A program made the translations under genes and the position numbers. Of a stretch of DNA of 64,000 nt, positions 11,471 through 25,913 are shown piece by piece. Under the pieces are notes generated by a model. That model was not told where the DNA came from. It saw only the letters and a program-made list of their open reading frames with translations, and made no database searches. This stretch comes from Octopus vulgaris (taxonomy: Eukaryota). Within the stretch, counting starts at the first letter, position 1. Every line of letters starts with the position of its first letter. The stretch covers positions 74,772,001 through 74,836,000 of the forward strand of contig OX597818.1 of NCBI GenBank assembly GCA_951406725.2, in the 5' to 3' direction.

Positions 11471-11819
11471 CTCTCATCCCCTCCCACACGCACCCAATCC
11501 ACAGCCGGTCATGTCCATTAGCAGTCCAATCAAACAATCTGTATTCGTAGACACAACACGCCCGCTCCTCTATTTAACGCCGCAGTATTATCAGTAGCAA
11601 AACCAATAACCGCTAATCTGCCATTATTTGCTACATAAATAACTCAGGGGAAACACTATTAGGACCCCTAGGCTTTATAGTAATAATATAAGTATAGGAA
11701 TAATTGCGAAACTATAGTAGTGAAGAAGTAACTATTATGATAGGTATTATAATAGAAATAGTGAAATTATAATAGTGAACAAGTAAATAAGTACCCAGAA
11801 TGATTAACAAGTGACATTG

Positions 11820-13213
11820 TGAAACCGTTGAGTCGTCGGCGACTAAACCAGCAACCTCACTAAACTTTCTTGGTGAGGAAGGTGGATTTTATCCCTGCGG
11901 GATTAAAAACAAAACCCAGCGAAGGGCTGAGGAAACCGGAGGAGTCAATGGTCATTCCGAAAACAGGTAGAAAGTATTCCTGAGCTTTGGTTGGCAGTCT
12001 GTCTAGAAGAAGAAACACTCTGATTTAAAAACTGGGGTGAAAACCTGTCACTGTTCAACGGCTCCATGTCTGAGATGAATGTGAATGAACCGCGTATTGG
12101 GACTTAACTCCGAAGCAATATTTGGATGAAGGCACGGGACTAACTGATACTCTCCTGTCTCCTAGTGAGAATCACGATCATGATCCCTAACATACAGAAA
12201 TGCGAAGGGAATAGGCCCAACTTAAGGACAGTAAGAGCTCTGCAGTCTTGGTTGACAATCTTACTAGAGATGGTGTCTCGATAAAAATACCGGTTTGTGG
12301 CTAACCTTAAAACATATACCTCAATGCTGAGTGAAAATGTCTCATACAAATGTATCAAATAATGGTGTTAATGTGGTTGGAACTAAAGGTGAATGCTTTT
12401 CGCCCAGCAGGTGGCTTGTAGTCGAGCAGCGCAGGTCTGGTCGTCCAGAGACTGCTTGTACACAAAGCCAGAGGCATAGAAGTGAGATAATGATGCAAAC
12501 CGAACGGTAATTGAATGCTGGATCAGGAGTGAACCCGACAGAAGGGGATTCCGACGACTGAAAAAGCAAAACTGAATGCGATGGGACTCTTCGAAACATT
12601 TGAGCAACGTTCAGCCGACCAGGTAGGAGCAATAAGAGCGAAAAGGTGGTTAACAGACATGGAGATAGAAGAGATTAAAAAGGAAAGTAGAAGATAGAAA
12701 TAATACTTCACCAACAGATAATGTTAACTGTGAGAAGAGAAAAATGAAAAGCGGCAGTGAAGACGTGGAGCAAAGTGTAAATATAAGTGCATTCTCAGCC
12801 AACGAAGCAGAAGTATTGGGAAGAGCTACATCATAAATATGCGATATATTAGAGAAGACCAGTATCAATACATTGATCGAGACCGAAAAGATAGATTAGG
12901 TACTTGGGATATACCAGACGGGAAATATAACTGAAACTAACACGATTATTTGGGCTGCAGCTATGGTTGCTGCGGATAAATTTGGATACAAAAGAAAAGA
13001 ACAAGCAGAACATCAAGAACCATACTGGCGTAGACGAATTTGTGAGAAACAAAGTTAAAAAGACATTCAGAACAAGGTAATAGGTTGCGAAGAGAGGAAT
13101 TGCGGAAGGAAAATATAAGAATAATACTGCAAAGAACATATAGAATAAGAGATAAAGGTTATGATGTGATATTGGAAGAACTGAAACAAAGCATAGTAGC
13201 AATCAAAATAAAT

Positions 13214-13248
<35 letters not shown>

Positions 13249-13535
13249 CAACTCTCTTGAATACGAAATAGCTCGGCCCTATAAAATGAAGAATGCGAAG
13301 ATAGTGTCAATTATTGTTAGGTCCTTAGAAATAATATCAGAAGGCACCATGGGAAATAAATGTATTGAGTGTCCAGTAGAACTGGTACAAAAGTTTTGCT
13401 TCCTTGGCACATCCAGAATAATCAAGAAAGTATTAGATAGCTGAAAAGAACAAATAGCATGATACCGTAGGCTGCAGGTAGCAAGCCCGCTACGCATGCA
13501 CGACTCAAGGAGTTCCAACAAAACCTGTGATAAAA
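11820..13535 (+). mobile_element. Degenerate, internally deleted R4/Dong-clade element (N-terminal region plus extreme 3' end)
   Basis: EQRSADQVGAIRAKRWLTDMEIEEIK, ITETNTIIWAAAMVAADKFG, EPYWRRR (R4 N-terminus); ELVQKFCFLGTSRIIKKVL (C-terminus), followed by a TTA/TAA tract. Confidence 0.72.
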
Positions 13536-13536
13536 A

Positions 13537-13572
13537 GATAATATTATTATTATTACTATTATTATTATTATT

Positions 13573-13611
<39 letters not shown>

Positions 13612-13628
13612 ATTATCTTTATTATTAC

Positions 13629-13667
<39 letters not shown>

Positions 13668-13684
13668 TAGTAGTATTAATAGTA

Positions 13685-13732
<48 letters not shown>

Positions 13733-13756
13733 ATGATAATAATAATAATAATAATA

Positions 13757-13820
<64 letters not shown>

Positions 13821-13832
13821 TGATGATGATGA
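13537..13832. repeat. Compound trinucleotide microsatellite (TTA/TTG/TAG/TAA/TGA)
   Basis: Directly visible. Confidence 0.95.
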
Positions 13833-14079
13833 TCACTAGGCTTCTACAACCATTATAGACAAAGCTGGATAGCATTATGTTTGCGACACTGTGTGATTTT
13901 AATGACGACTAAGAACTTCAACACATTCAGTAGTTTCATTGACTATCGATACGTCCCGATGGGTTAATTCACTCACATGTGCATTCATTTTGCTTCTGAA
14001 TCAATAAAATACAGTATTCGGATCCTGCATTGCATGATTCGCTCCAATTTGTATGAGTGAATATCTCAGAAATATTGCT

Positions 14080-15415
14080 ATTTTCACATCAGAAGGATAT
14101 TTAGACAAAAGAACCAACATTTACTGATGCATATGGAATTTTAAAAAAAACTAACAAACTTATTTGCATGCAATAATCAACGCATTTTAGTAAGGAGTTA
14201 TAAATGTCTATACAGATTTCAGTTAATGAAAAACAGATTCATGCATTTGATGACTTTTATTTAATAATGTTGAACGATTTAGCAATAAACGTATTAAATC
14301 TTGAGGCATACATCTCACTAGAAGTGCTTCAGGATGAAGAAAGCAGTGGATACTTTCAATATTTGGATTTTTCTATTTCATATTTGTATCATATCAGAAC
14401 CATAAATTTTCACTACCATAACTACAGCTCTAACCGTGTAAACACTTGAGCATAGTTTCCATTAAATTTCATCTTTCATGGCCGAATAAATTAAATTAAA
14501 TATTGCTTCCCCTGTAGCATGATTCTGTAATGTCTGGCAAATTAATAAATTTTCATCAATGCTATCATCACAAATATAGCGTACAAACAGAAGGAAAATT
14601 GCTACCTCTGCATCGGCTGTTGATTCGTCTTCTTCATGAGAGGATGTTAAGTTCACTTTAGTTCATCTTATTAGTACAGTTTCATAAATTAAATTTATGC
14701 TTCATGAATATGACTTTAAACCGAGTCATTAGAAAATACACAGGCAGAATTGTTAGAAAGTCCCATTCTGGTACAACGCCAGCTTCTTTATGTCCAGAGT
14801 TCAAATCGCCCTAATTATCAGCACTTGCCTTCCATCCGATCTCGATAAAACAAATATCAATTATAAGTTACAGTTGATATTTTGATATTATCGTCCAGTT
14901 TATTCCTTAAAATTTGACGTATTTTTATGTAAGAAACCATTAACTTTGAAGTAAATTTTATTTATAATGCATGCCACCAAATCTTTTCTACAGCCATATG
15001 TTTCTACAACTCGAATACCGATGCGACGTAAAACAAATAAAACATTTTTTTTATTTGAAACAAAATACAAAAATGTAGTTGTTCTTTGATTGAAATCACG
15101 AAATTTCCGTTGCAAAGGTTCTTCATGTGCATAATTTCACAATTGGTGTCGCTAATTTTAGCTACTTTTCTCTAAAAGCTTTCCCCATTCCATTCAGTCC
15201 TCTCGATTTAGTCGTATCACCAGACCTAGTGAAAGCATAAGCAATAAACTTTCATCACATTTTCTTTTCTTATTTTTAATGTTTTCATCTTGTTTTAATA
15301 ATCATTTTAAACAAAAAGCTGTTGTAAGCCTAACCCGAGTAATACATCTTACTTTACGTTATTAAGATTCTCTTAATGGCATTTGCCTTATTGATTTAGA
15401 ACCATTTATCCATTG
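14080..15415 (-). mobile_element. Degenerate hAT (Buster/ZBED-FAM200-like) transposase relic
   Basis: DESTADAEVAIFLLFVRYI...ENLLICQTLQNHATGEAIF; upstream MDKW...KRKCDES start typical of the family. Confidence 0.75.
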
Positions 15416-16442
15416 TGGATGTAGAGTGTGTTGTATTGATTTTAGAATATCATAATTGCCCAAAACATTTATCTTCAGCGTGCTTGCCTAAAAAATGTCA
15501 CCGAACTATTTCACACCAACAGGGTGTACTATTTGTAGCAACCAATTCACATTTATTGTTGCCTAAGCTAGAAGTGATAGAAAATTGACACTCAATATTA
15601 ACTTGAGTTGCCAAATTTTACCACTTCAGTAGAATATATTCAGAATTAATAGTCTTACATCAGAAATAAGTAGTTATTATTCAAGCAGATGGTTCTCTGA
15701 AAATCCTACGTTGCTTTGTGTGAAGTCTATATGTGAACATGTGAATATGTTTGTTTTGTGCGTTTCCATATAAGTCTATATATCACAGCCACATTAATTT
15801 CTTCACTTGTACATGAACATGATTATGTATGTATGTATGTATATATGTATGTATTTATGTATGTATGTATGTATGTATGTATGTATGTATGTATGTATGT
15901 ATGTACGTATGTATGCATGCATGTATGTGAGTGTATGCGAGAGAGAACTGGCCGACCAGTAGATGTGTGTAAAACACAAGATATGACAATGGTGAAATGT
16001 AAGAAGAAATGAGAAAGTCAAAAAGAGGCAGTGGATTAATCGGATTTAGTAAGGTATATACAACGTCTACGTGTGTGCATATATTGCATTTATCTAAATA
16101 AAAATTAGCAAATTACGAAAAGAGATAATCTCTACATTATGCATATTCTGAAAAGACATTTGAGCTATTAACATGAAGAATGATTCATTAATTATATATT
16201 AAGTGGTAAAAAACGCACATATGCCTTGCCATATGTATAAAACAAATTATTGACCTCCAGTAACATCTCTCGCTTTGATTAATTACAAATAAGAATGTAT
16301 ATATTTATTGCGGTATAGAATTTATGCAATTCTGCAAAAAGTGTGATTTACTTAACGGCATTCAGCGGTAAATCTTGCACTACAACCAACTCGTTACGAA
16401 TATCTCAAACATGATTTGAGGAGTAAAGAGATCTTGTTATAA

Positions 16443-16619
<177 letters not shown>

Positions 16620-17393
16620 CATAGATAGAATTAGAGAGAAATACATATATATATATGCTCACACACACACACTTATATATACATAGGCACATGCATACAT
16701 ACATACAAATATTATCAATATCATACATAATGCTGTGTCCTGTTGAATTCTAGTCGTTAGGGTATTCCGTCTGGGAGAAATCCGTTTGGAGACATATATG
16801 CTAATCGAAACTAAACCGTCTAGGAAGTGAATGAGAACTACAGATATCGATATTTCGTAGTTTTAGCTACACACCGGTGGCGTATACATGCTCTACTTCT
16901 TAAACGAAATCGAAATATATACAAATAGTGTAAATTCTATTTGCTCATTCGCAATAGCGCCACTGAAGTGCAGCAACAGACATACATTATGTAAGTGGCA
17001 TTGATAACTTTTACATCATTGGGCTGCTTCTAATACAGAATTTTATTCTACTTGTGCAGTGCTACTTCACCTCAGTATATAGATATATCACTATTTGTAT
17101 ATACTTCTAGATTGTGATTTCGATTTCGTTTCGGAGGTGAGGCGAGTATATGGAAAGAATGAGCCGCAAAATCTGTGAAATATTAATATTTGTCGTTCTC
17201 GTTCACATCCGAGACGGTTTTATTTCGCTTAAATTAGAAGTTTATTGTACTTCTTCACACGATACGTCTCTAGCAATATCTCTTCCAGACGAAACAGAGC
17301 AGCTACACATGTTCATCGACATTTCTACAAAATAGTAATAAAGCTTTTCAGCACTGAGCTGCTTCTCACATGAAATTTGAATTTTATATATAA

Positions 17394-17461
<68 letters not shown>

Positions 17462-17784
17462 GTATGTGTGTGTGCGTAAATAATATTGTAAGCCTTCACT
17501 GTATATTGACTATAGAAAATAGTCTAATATGGCATTCAATCCCCACCAATAACGGAAAGAAATGTGCATTTGTACGCGTGGGAATCGAACCTATACCTCT
17601 TATTTTCGTTTTGGTATTATTCCCATGCGTACTTATGTCAATTTTCTCGGAAAAGGGTTTTATAGCCCTAATACTAGACGATTTTCGTAAGTCAATATAC
17701 GGTGAAGGCTTTTAATTCTATGTAACAAATTTCAATCGCCACCGTTTCCTAATTCCCGCAGAAATCGCACATGAGTGTGTGTGC

Positions 17785-17853
<69 letters not shown>

Positions 17854-18086
17854 TGTGTGTGTGTGTACTTCTATGACTATCGCTCTTAAGCGACTCGTAT
17901 GATTCCGTAGCAGGGTGAGATATGTTTCTTGTTTGTGGATGTAGTAAAGGAATTTCATCAAAATTATTTCAATCGTCGGCTTTATCGTAGACCGAATGGC
18001 CTGGCATACCCCTAAACACATTTGTTGCAGAAAAAGTTGTCTTTAAGCTTTTCTCTCTTTTTATTTACTTTCTTTCCGATTAGTCC

Positions 18087-18149
<63 letters not shown>

Positions 18150-18362
18150 CATTTTAATTTAGCATAGCGAAAATAGCATCTCATCAAATCAGAAGAGTCC
18201 TGTTGTGGGAAGTTAGACGCTTGCTGCTGTGTATATATTCGTGTGTTAGATGTAAGAATTTTCTAACATTGATTTTGTATTTTGATATATAAAAACAGCT
18301 GAGATTAAAATTCAAAACTTCTCTGAGAAACAAAGATGTTATATCACAGATAGATATACATT

Positions 18363-18548
18363 TCTACTCTAGACACACGGCCCGGAATTTTGGGGAAGGG
18401 GGCCAGTCGATTTGATCGACCCCAGTACGCAAGTGGCACTTAAATTTTCGACCCCGAAAGGATGAAAAGCAAACTCGACCTTTCAGATTTTGAACTCAGA
18501 ATGTAAATACAGACGGCATGCTAACGGTTCTATCAGCTCGCCGCCTTA
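18363..18548 (-). mobile_element. SINE with a Nin/Deu-like central domain
   Basis: Reverse complement: ggcggcgagctgatagaaccgttagc...gagttcaaa (B box)...cctttcggggtcga; related copies at 9465, 19810 and 55840. Confidence 0.75.
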
Positions 18549-19809
18549 TCACAGATAGATATTAGTTGATAATGGTCTGAAAGCTAGGAATAGCAAATAT
18601 TGTGATATAATTTCAAATATACGTTTATTAGTCGCATACTGATTTCGTATATATGTCGTGGCATCGTTGCATTTTGAGAAATTGTTGTGTGAATATTTGT
18701 AGGCAGCTCAAATATTCTGCAGATAAGATTTAACCTTTAGCCTCTCTACAGTAGAGAGTTTAGATTGGATTATATATTGGCCCTATACGCTTGGTCATCT
18801 GTCTATAATAATAAATATGATTTTATATATATTTCCTTTCGGTGAAATTTAGATCGTGTGTCGTGACATTATGACGGACGTATTCCTTCTAGCTTGGCGC
18901 TGGATATTTATGATTGTATTTGATATCTTCATTTAATGGCTTTTTGAGAATAAGACGTAATTTATCAAGAAACTGGAACATATTTTAAAGCACTGCAATT
19001 AAAGAACTTCAATCAAACAGTACTAGACATTTGCATTTGAACGATATTCCTCCCTGATATAGCTGTTAATAGGTTACTGCCATTTCAATTTTGAATAGCC
19101 TGAAACGATTGACATAGTTGACCTTTCAAAATATGTTCCAAGAATTTCAGAATCAGTTTAAATAAATGAACGTAACCAAATGTATTTTCTTGAATCGACC
19201 ATACCACGATATCAAAAGTTCAACCAATTATTTTGCTATTCTTAATCCCCAGTTCGTTCTGACATTGACAACGAATCACGATTTATAAATGCAGATATGA
19301 ACTTTAATGATAAGAAATGTTAGCATCATAAATTATCGTCGTCCAAGCTGTATCCTCTCTACAATATTATACAAAAACAACGGAACGATATTATTTACTA
19401 TCACATCTCAGTCTTACTACTGTCATTTGTGATTAATTCGTTGGCATCATTAGTTTGTGTTTTGAATTCGGTCATTTTGTATAGCAACTTGGAAATAAAT
19501 CCTGTGCCATAGTTTCGTGTCGTATGAATCTTCTGAGAAGCAGTAGGAAACTGGAATTACGTCGGAACACTCCATTATGCTCTATTATGTTCTTTAGTAA
19601 GAGACTTATTCCTACTCCCGTTTATCACCAACCACTAAACTTTAGTTGAGTTTATGAAACCTCACTCTCCTCCATATATTCACACAAAGTTAGCAGTCAC
19701 AAAAGCAAAAATTCCTCCATACTTTATTCTCTCACTCGAAACCGCTGAAGCAAGCTACCTTTTTTCCCTGTGAATAAGTCACAAGAAATACTAACAGAAA
19801 ATAAAACAA

Positions 19810-20003
19810 TTCTTTCGAATTTGGGAGAGGGTCAGCAGTTCTGAATGAAGGGAGCAAGTCAATTACATTGATTCCAGTACTTGACAGGTACTTTATTTTG
19901 TCGATCCTAAAAGCTTGAAAGGCGAAGTCGAAAGCCAGCATGAATAGAGCTCAGAACATTAAGAACCGGAAGAAATGCCCGAACTATTTCTGCCAGCTCG
20001 CCA
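19810..20003 (-). mobile_element. Degenerate SINE (family of 18363)
   Basis: ggcgagctggcagaa head and 'ggtactttattttgtcga' core. Confidence 0.65.
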
Positions 20004-20060
20004 AAGAAAGAAATTAAGAAGAATATGTACATATTCCTGACGAGATTTCATTTCCCTTGA

Positions 20061-20670
20061 CAACCTTCGCCAAGAAAGGAGGTTATGTTTTCATCGGCGT
20101 TGGCTTGTCCGTCTGTGTGCAATATACCTCACAAAATTGTAGACGGTATTTGATGAAACTTGCAGGACAAGTTGGTAATGACTCAGAGAACAGATGATGA
20201 AATGTTGGTAGTGATCCGGGAATTCTTATGGATTATTGAAGGATTTTTCATTTGTTATATTTACTTTACATGAAGTATTACAATTTTACGTTCTTTGATT
20301 ATCTCCCTTGAAGACACGTTCATCGTTTCAAAGTAACCTATTGTGAAGTTGCTGTTTCCAAAGTTTATATTCGTTTCTTTATTAGTAATTTTACTCGTGT
20401 TGTGTGTGTATCACTCAAGATTTAGGAAATTGTTATTTCTTTTTAGTTGTATGGGGAAACTAGCTTGCTGTTACCATTGATGTATAACTGCTTCAGATGA
20501 TTCCTGTTTTTAAAAATATATGGCAGTGTTATTTTTTTTAACCCCGCCTAGGAGGTTATGTTTTTGCCGGCGTTGAGTCTGGAAAATTGGGCGATTTTCA
20601 GCATGCGTGTATATGGGTGGCAATGAGCTGCTTCGCGGAGGTCTGCGCTCTCCGAGTGCTTGTCTAGTTT
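20061..20670 (+). mobile_element. Non-autonomous Helentron-associated (HINE/DINE-like) element with a duplicated 5' end
   Basis: Sub-terminal IR acct(t)cgcc...gcggaggt; 'ggaggttatgtttt' head at 20078 and 20552; 3' hairpin gcgctctccgagtgc then ctagttt. Confidence 0.65.
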
Positions 20671-23289
20671 GATAAATATTTGCAAAGAACCACAAATAAC
20701 AATTTCACTGATTATCTTATCTTGTTTATGTTTTTTAATCTGTACTATAATTTCTTTCAAACATCCAATATTGCTTTTCTTTTAATGTTTTCTTTTAATA
20801 TTTTCACATGATAGAGTTATGTTACTTATCACCCGACAAAATATTTTTTATCACATCGAATATATTACACTTGCCATGAATCCCTTTAACTATTTGCTTT
20901 AGTTTTCCATTTGTTTAGTAGAACATTTTTTAAAGATTATTTCCTTTCTCTTTCAGTGCTTGCTCTTTCCACATTTTGTATTAGCATAAAAGGTCACTTT
21001 GTCCTCACTTGATATTGCTTTCTTTTACAATCTGTACAACATCTACAATAACTTTACTTTTTTAACATTCATTAATAGATAAATTACTTTTCTTTCAACG
21101 ATATATGTTTTATTTTGTTTCCTTGTTATTCGGGTTGTTGCGTACACCGTCAATATATATCTATCACTGCTTTTTTCTTCATCAATTTCCTGTCGTCTTT
21201 AAACTTACTTCACATTTATCATTAGTTTCATTCCTTGATTTCCTTTTGATATTAAATAATATCTAGGCACTTATCGGAAACCTGTTAGCATTTTTTGTTC
21301 TTCAAATTTCGATTTAATATTTTTTTATCGTGTTATCGAGGTGATTAAGTGTTGATGGACTTTGTGAATGTTCTTTCTGAAAATTCGTTATCAAGAACGA
21401 TCGTAATTTAATAAATAAATAAATAAATAAATGAATATAGATTGTAATGTTCAGGCTGATAGAATCAATAGATTCATACCATTAAAACTGAGATAGAAAC
21501 TTACATTTCAACAGCTCGAAATACTTGACTGTTTGTATCATAGATATGATAAGTACCTATCATTTACCATTTCAAAAAGCCGGTATTTCAGCATTAATAT
21601 TGAATATTTGCGTTGAACTTGGCATTATGGTTATAAGAAAATAAAACTTAAGCAACTAAGTAGAATATATTTATATACAGTTAATATTGTGGCAAAAACC
21701 GAATCACCAGGGTTCAACCAGTTTTCATCTTCAGTTTCAATTGAATTAACACAATGTGATATACACCTCTTGGAGAGGAAGTCACATATTCAAGAGAGAT
21801 TTACGTTGACAATAAAATCAAACAAATCAACATATGTTTAGTTTTCAGAACTGCAGTTCCATTTGAGAGGAAGGGTGATTTGATCCGATACACACTAGTG
21901 ACATTTAAATGATAGAAAGTGAACTGTTGACAATTCGCTTCTAATTTTTCTATATGCATTAGTCGGCTTTGAGACTGACGGGAAAAGGAATGGCATCGCT
22001 TTACACATTCTACAAGTCTTTGAGACTGGTAGAAAGAAAAAATGTGAGTTGTTCATTGAGCCTTAAGTTAACTCCAAATTTTTCAATAAAATGTGGTCGT
22101 TTAAAGTCACATTCTTTCGTTTCTCTTTATGTTGTTGTTGTAGTAGTAGTAGTAGTAGTGGTGGTGGTGGTGGTGGTGGTGGTGGTGGTGGTGGTGGTGG
22201 TAGAAGTGGTACTAGTAGTAATAGTAGTAGTAGTAGTAGGAGGAGGAGGAGGTAGAGGAGGATGTCTATGAAGAGGAGGTGGAAGAGGAGGTATCGGAGG
22301 ATGTCTATGAGAAGGAGGTGGAGGAATAGGAGGGGAGGAGAAGGAGTGGGGGTCGGTGGTGGTAGTAGTATTAGTAGGAGTAGTAGTCTGTGATGGTGGT
22401 GGTGGTGGTGGTAGTAGTAGTAGTATTAGTTGTTGTTTTTGTTGTTGTTACTGTTGTTGTAATGGGGCTCAATAAAACATTCCAAAACTTATTCTGATCA
22501 ACTTATAGTGTTTCTGTTCCTTAGCCTGATGCTGTATGATAACGTACTTCTAAGGTGCTGCCCTCCTACGTCAGGACCAATTGCACAATATATATATTCC
22601 AGTGCCAAAATATAACGATACCATAATCCAATGATATTTAGTTGTTATAACGTACGCAGGAAATTGAACCTCAAACAACAAAAATATTGGAAACCATACA
22701 CGATGTAAATTCTATTTATATCAAATTAACACTTTGTCCACCAGAGGTATCATCGGTGACATCCCATACTATATTCTTAGTATACCATGGTAGCTACCTG
22801 TTATGGAGCCTCTCATTACTGTGGTTTAGATTATTCTTTGCATTTTTTGGAAGGTTATTCTGTTTGAATCAATAAAATCTGAGATTGGAGCTGATTAAAG
22901 ACTATACATTTCATAAGGAAAATCCCGCCTTTCGCTATATTAAAATGCAATCATAATACCTTATATGGATATAGTATAATTTCAATAACATTAAAGATGA
23001 AGCAATCCATTAACAACTGTGAAGTTGAAATCAGAAACTCAAGAAGAAACATTGTAAAACCATTACAAAATGAAGAGACATTCAATAAATATTAGAAAGA
23101 CCTATAAACTGGGAAAATGGCATTTGTATAGGCGATGTAATAAACCACACTAACCGTTATAGCTATTTACGTTTTGTACGCAAATTGCACCAACTTATAC
23201 ATAATTATACCTTCATTGCGCATCCTGAACAGTATGTGCTCAACAGTTTGCTTTTAATTTTACCTACTCTTTAATGTCATATAATTGAG

Positions 23290-24370
23290 ACATGTAAGCA
23301 CAGCATTTTGAGCACACAGCATTCATTTTCAATTCGAAAGTCATCCTCTAGTTCCTTCACATTTGCGCTTCGAAGATGCTAATATTGTTTCGAATCTAAC
23401 AATAGCATGCCAAATTTTACTCTGAATTCCCCAAATATTTTCTTGCTGCTGAGACTGTTCATTAACAGTAGATATTCTTAGTAGTAGCTCAAAAGCAACT
23501 TTATTGTACCGAATCACACATTTCTTCAGTGGGGAAAAGTAATTTGATTCAATATATCAACATATCGCTTGCATTTGTTATGTTGAATTATTGCATCGGG
23601 CTTATCATTGGGCTCCACTTTTCTGTCTCCCTTTACCTGTCCTACAGTTTTGCCTTGTGTCTTGTAAAAAAGAATCTTGCTCTTTCCTTGTCTATTCAGA
23701 ACCCCCACTATAATACTACTTTTGTCTTTAGCGATTATTTTGTCTTTTCGCAATGATAAATAATGTTGGAGTCTATTCTGGGTGATGCCCTTGGAATATT
23801 TTCCTAAAGTTCCAGCCAAGCTTATCTCTTATGAAGTAGTTTTTCTACCAGGGTAATATTGGTGCAGCAGTTGCCTACACCAATGTTCTGCTTTCATCGG
23901 GGTAGTCGATGATAAGGCCCGTAACAGTTCTTTAAGACAGTTTCTCTGCATCTGCAGTAGTGTCGTTTCTCTTAAAACTGTAAACCAGAGCTCTTTATAT
24001 GTATAACTTTCAGGATCATAAATACTGAATAGCTTTATACCGTATTTTGGACTTTTTCCCGGGCATATACGACCGAAATATCGCACTCCTTTTAAATTTG
24101 TTCATTATCTCACCAATTATAAGACGTTCGCAAGGTATCTGAAGAGCACTAAATTTATGATACATTTTATTACATAGGACCCTTATCTTGTAAATCTATT
24201 ATCCTCATCCATTGTTTCATTGTTAGTAAAATATATCATCTGAAAACTATTTCTTTATAGAAAACTGTTTCTATAAAGTATGTTAATTGATTTGTAGTCA
24301 GACATTTGAGGTTAGTTAATTATTCCCTCTGTCATATTATGTCTAGAAACTGATTTCTTCTGTATTTTCT
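23290..24370 (-). mobile_element. Degenerate piggyBac transposase relic
   Basis: PGKSPKYGIK, GTLGK..KGI, KPDAIIQHNKCKRYVDILNQ (matches KP..I..YN..KGGVD..DQ), C-terminal Cys remnants; many stops. Confidence 0.75.
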
Positions 24371-24503
24371 GCTTTCCTGCGTCGAATAATCTAATGGCTG
24401 AATGATAAACTAGGAATATTCGTCAGTATTCCTACTAAGGAAGATGATAGTTAAGTACACCTTAATATGATGACAGCAGCCATTAAGACCCAAACTATTA
24501 TGA

Positions 24504-24544
<41 letters not shown>

Positions 24545-24968
24545 TAAAAGCTAGCTAGCAAGATAGATAGATAGCTAGATACCTACCTACATACATACAT
24601 ACATACATACATACATACATACATACATACATACATGCATACTTACAAAACATACATACAAACATACATACATAAGATACATTCATACAAACATATGTAA
24701 TTCTATGGATGGTTAGATGGCTGTTTGTATGTATAAAATAAACCAGTTCTTTTTTCGGCAAAATGTTTTAAAATATTACTTAACACAGCTTAGATGCAAG
24801 AAAAACGTACTATTCATAAATTGGTAGAATTTGCAAGTGCTCTCTCTTTAAGATTCCGAAGATGTGCCTGGTATCCCGATGAATGTCAGACTATCTATAT
24901 TGCTTATTCCACATAAAGCAGAGTATCATTTTTAAGAATCGCTGGTATGCATAAGTATATATATATAT

Positions 24969-25006
<38 letters not shown>

Positions 25007-25913
25007 TGGCAGACAGAAAGATAGGTAGATGTGTGTGTGTTATGGATATGACGTTAGACGGCACCTTTCAATAGGGTGCATGTTTGGAAGTTCCAGGGTT
25101 TTCAGTTACGCAAAATCACCTATTGGCTTCTGTTATTCCCAGGGTGACTCCAACTCAGAGTACTAGCATTTGTCAGGGTTGCAGGGGTACGAGCTGATTA
25201 GCATGTCACAGAATTTACTCCAGTCGCTCACAACTACCCCAATGAACCAGGGCAGACAACCAACTTCAGCTTTGTTAGCTGCTCTGACAAGATCTTCAGA
25301 TCTACATGAAATACTGAGTTTTATCTTTGATCTCATTTTTCTGTCCAAGAAATATACTTTCCATCTGAATCTGTAGACAAATGAGCCAACACATTCGGTC
25401 ATCTGTTTCAGTTATTCCCTTCTGCTTAGTATAGGTATGTAAAAACTAAAGTCATCACATCCAGGGAAAATGTGATAAATAGACACTCCGAGGTGATCAT
25501 ATCATGTAAACATAAAACCAAACTTAAAATCGTGTAAACATAAAAGAATTCTAAAATCATGTAAATATAAAAGCAAAATATCGTCACTTTAATTTTAAAA
25601 TTACATTTTAAGACCGAATAACGTCAAACGCACTTAGTATATAATAGAAAAAGGAAGGCGCACAATCAAATACACAAACCACGTACGTTTAGGATGTTAT
25701 ACACTATATCACGAGGAACAAGTAAAAGTTCACCCTAAGAACCTATCACTTGTCAATTCAGACAATTAACCCCAACAGCTGAGGGTTGGTAGGTGAGTAC
25801 ACACTAGTATGATGAACCCGGTCATTAAAATACAAACTATTATGATACATACATACATACATACATACATACATACATACATACATACATACATACATAC
25901 ATACATACATACA

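Noticed and set aside
11920-11980. CTGAGGA...GAAA...GTA in the R4 5' region as an HHR
   Set aside because: Stem I and stem III do not pair.
16880-17150. Imperfect inverted repeat (aaacgaaatcgaaat / tatacaaatagtg blocks)
   Set aside because: Too decayed to assign as a MITE or fold-back element.
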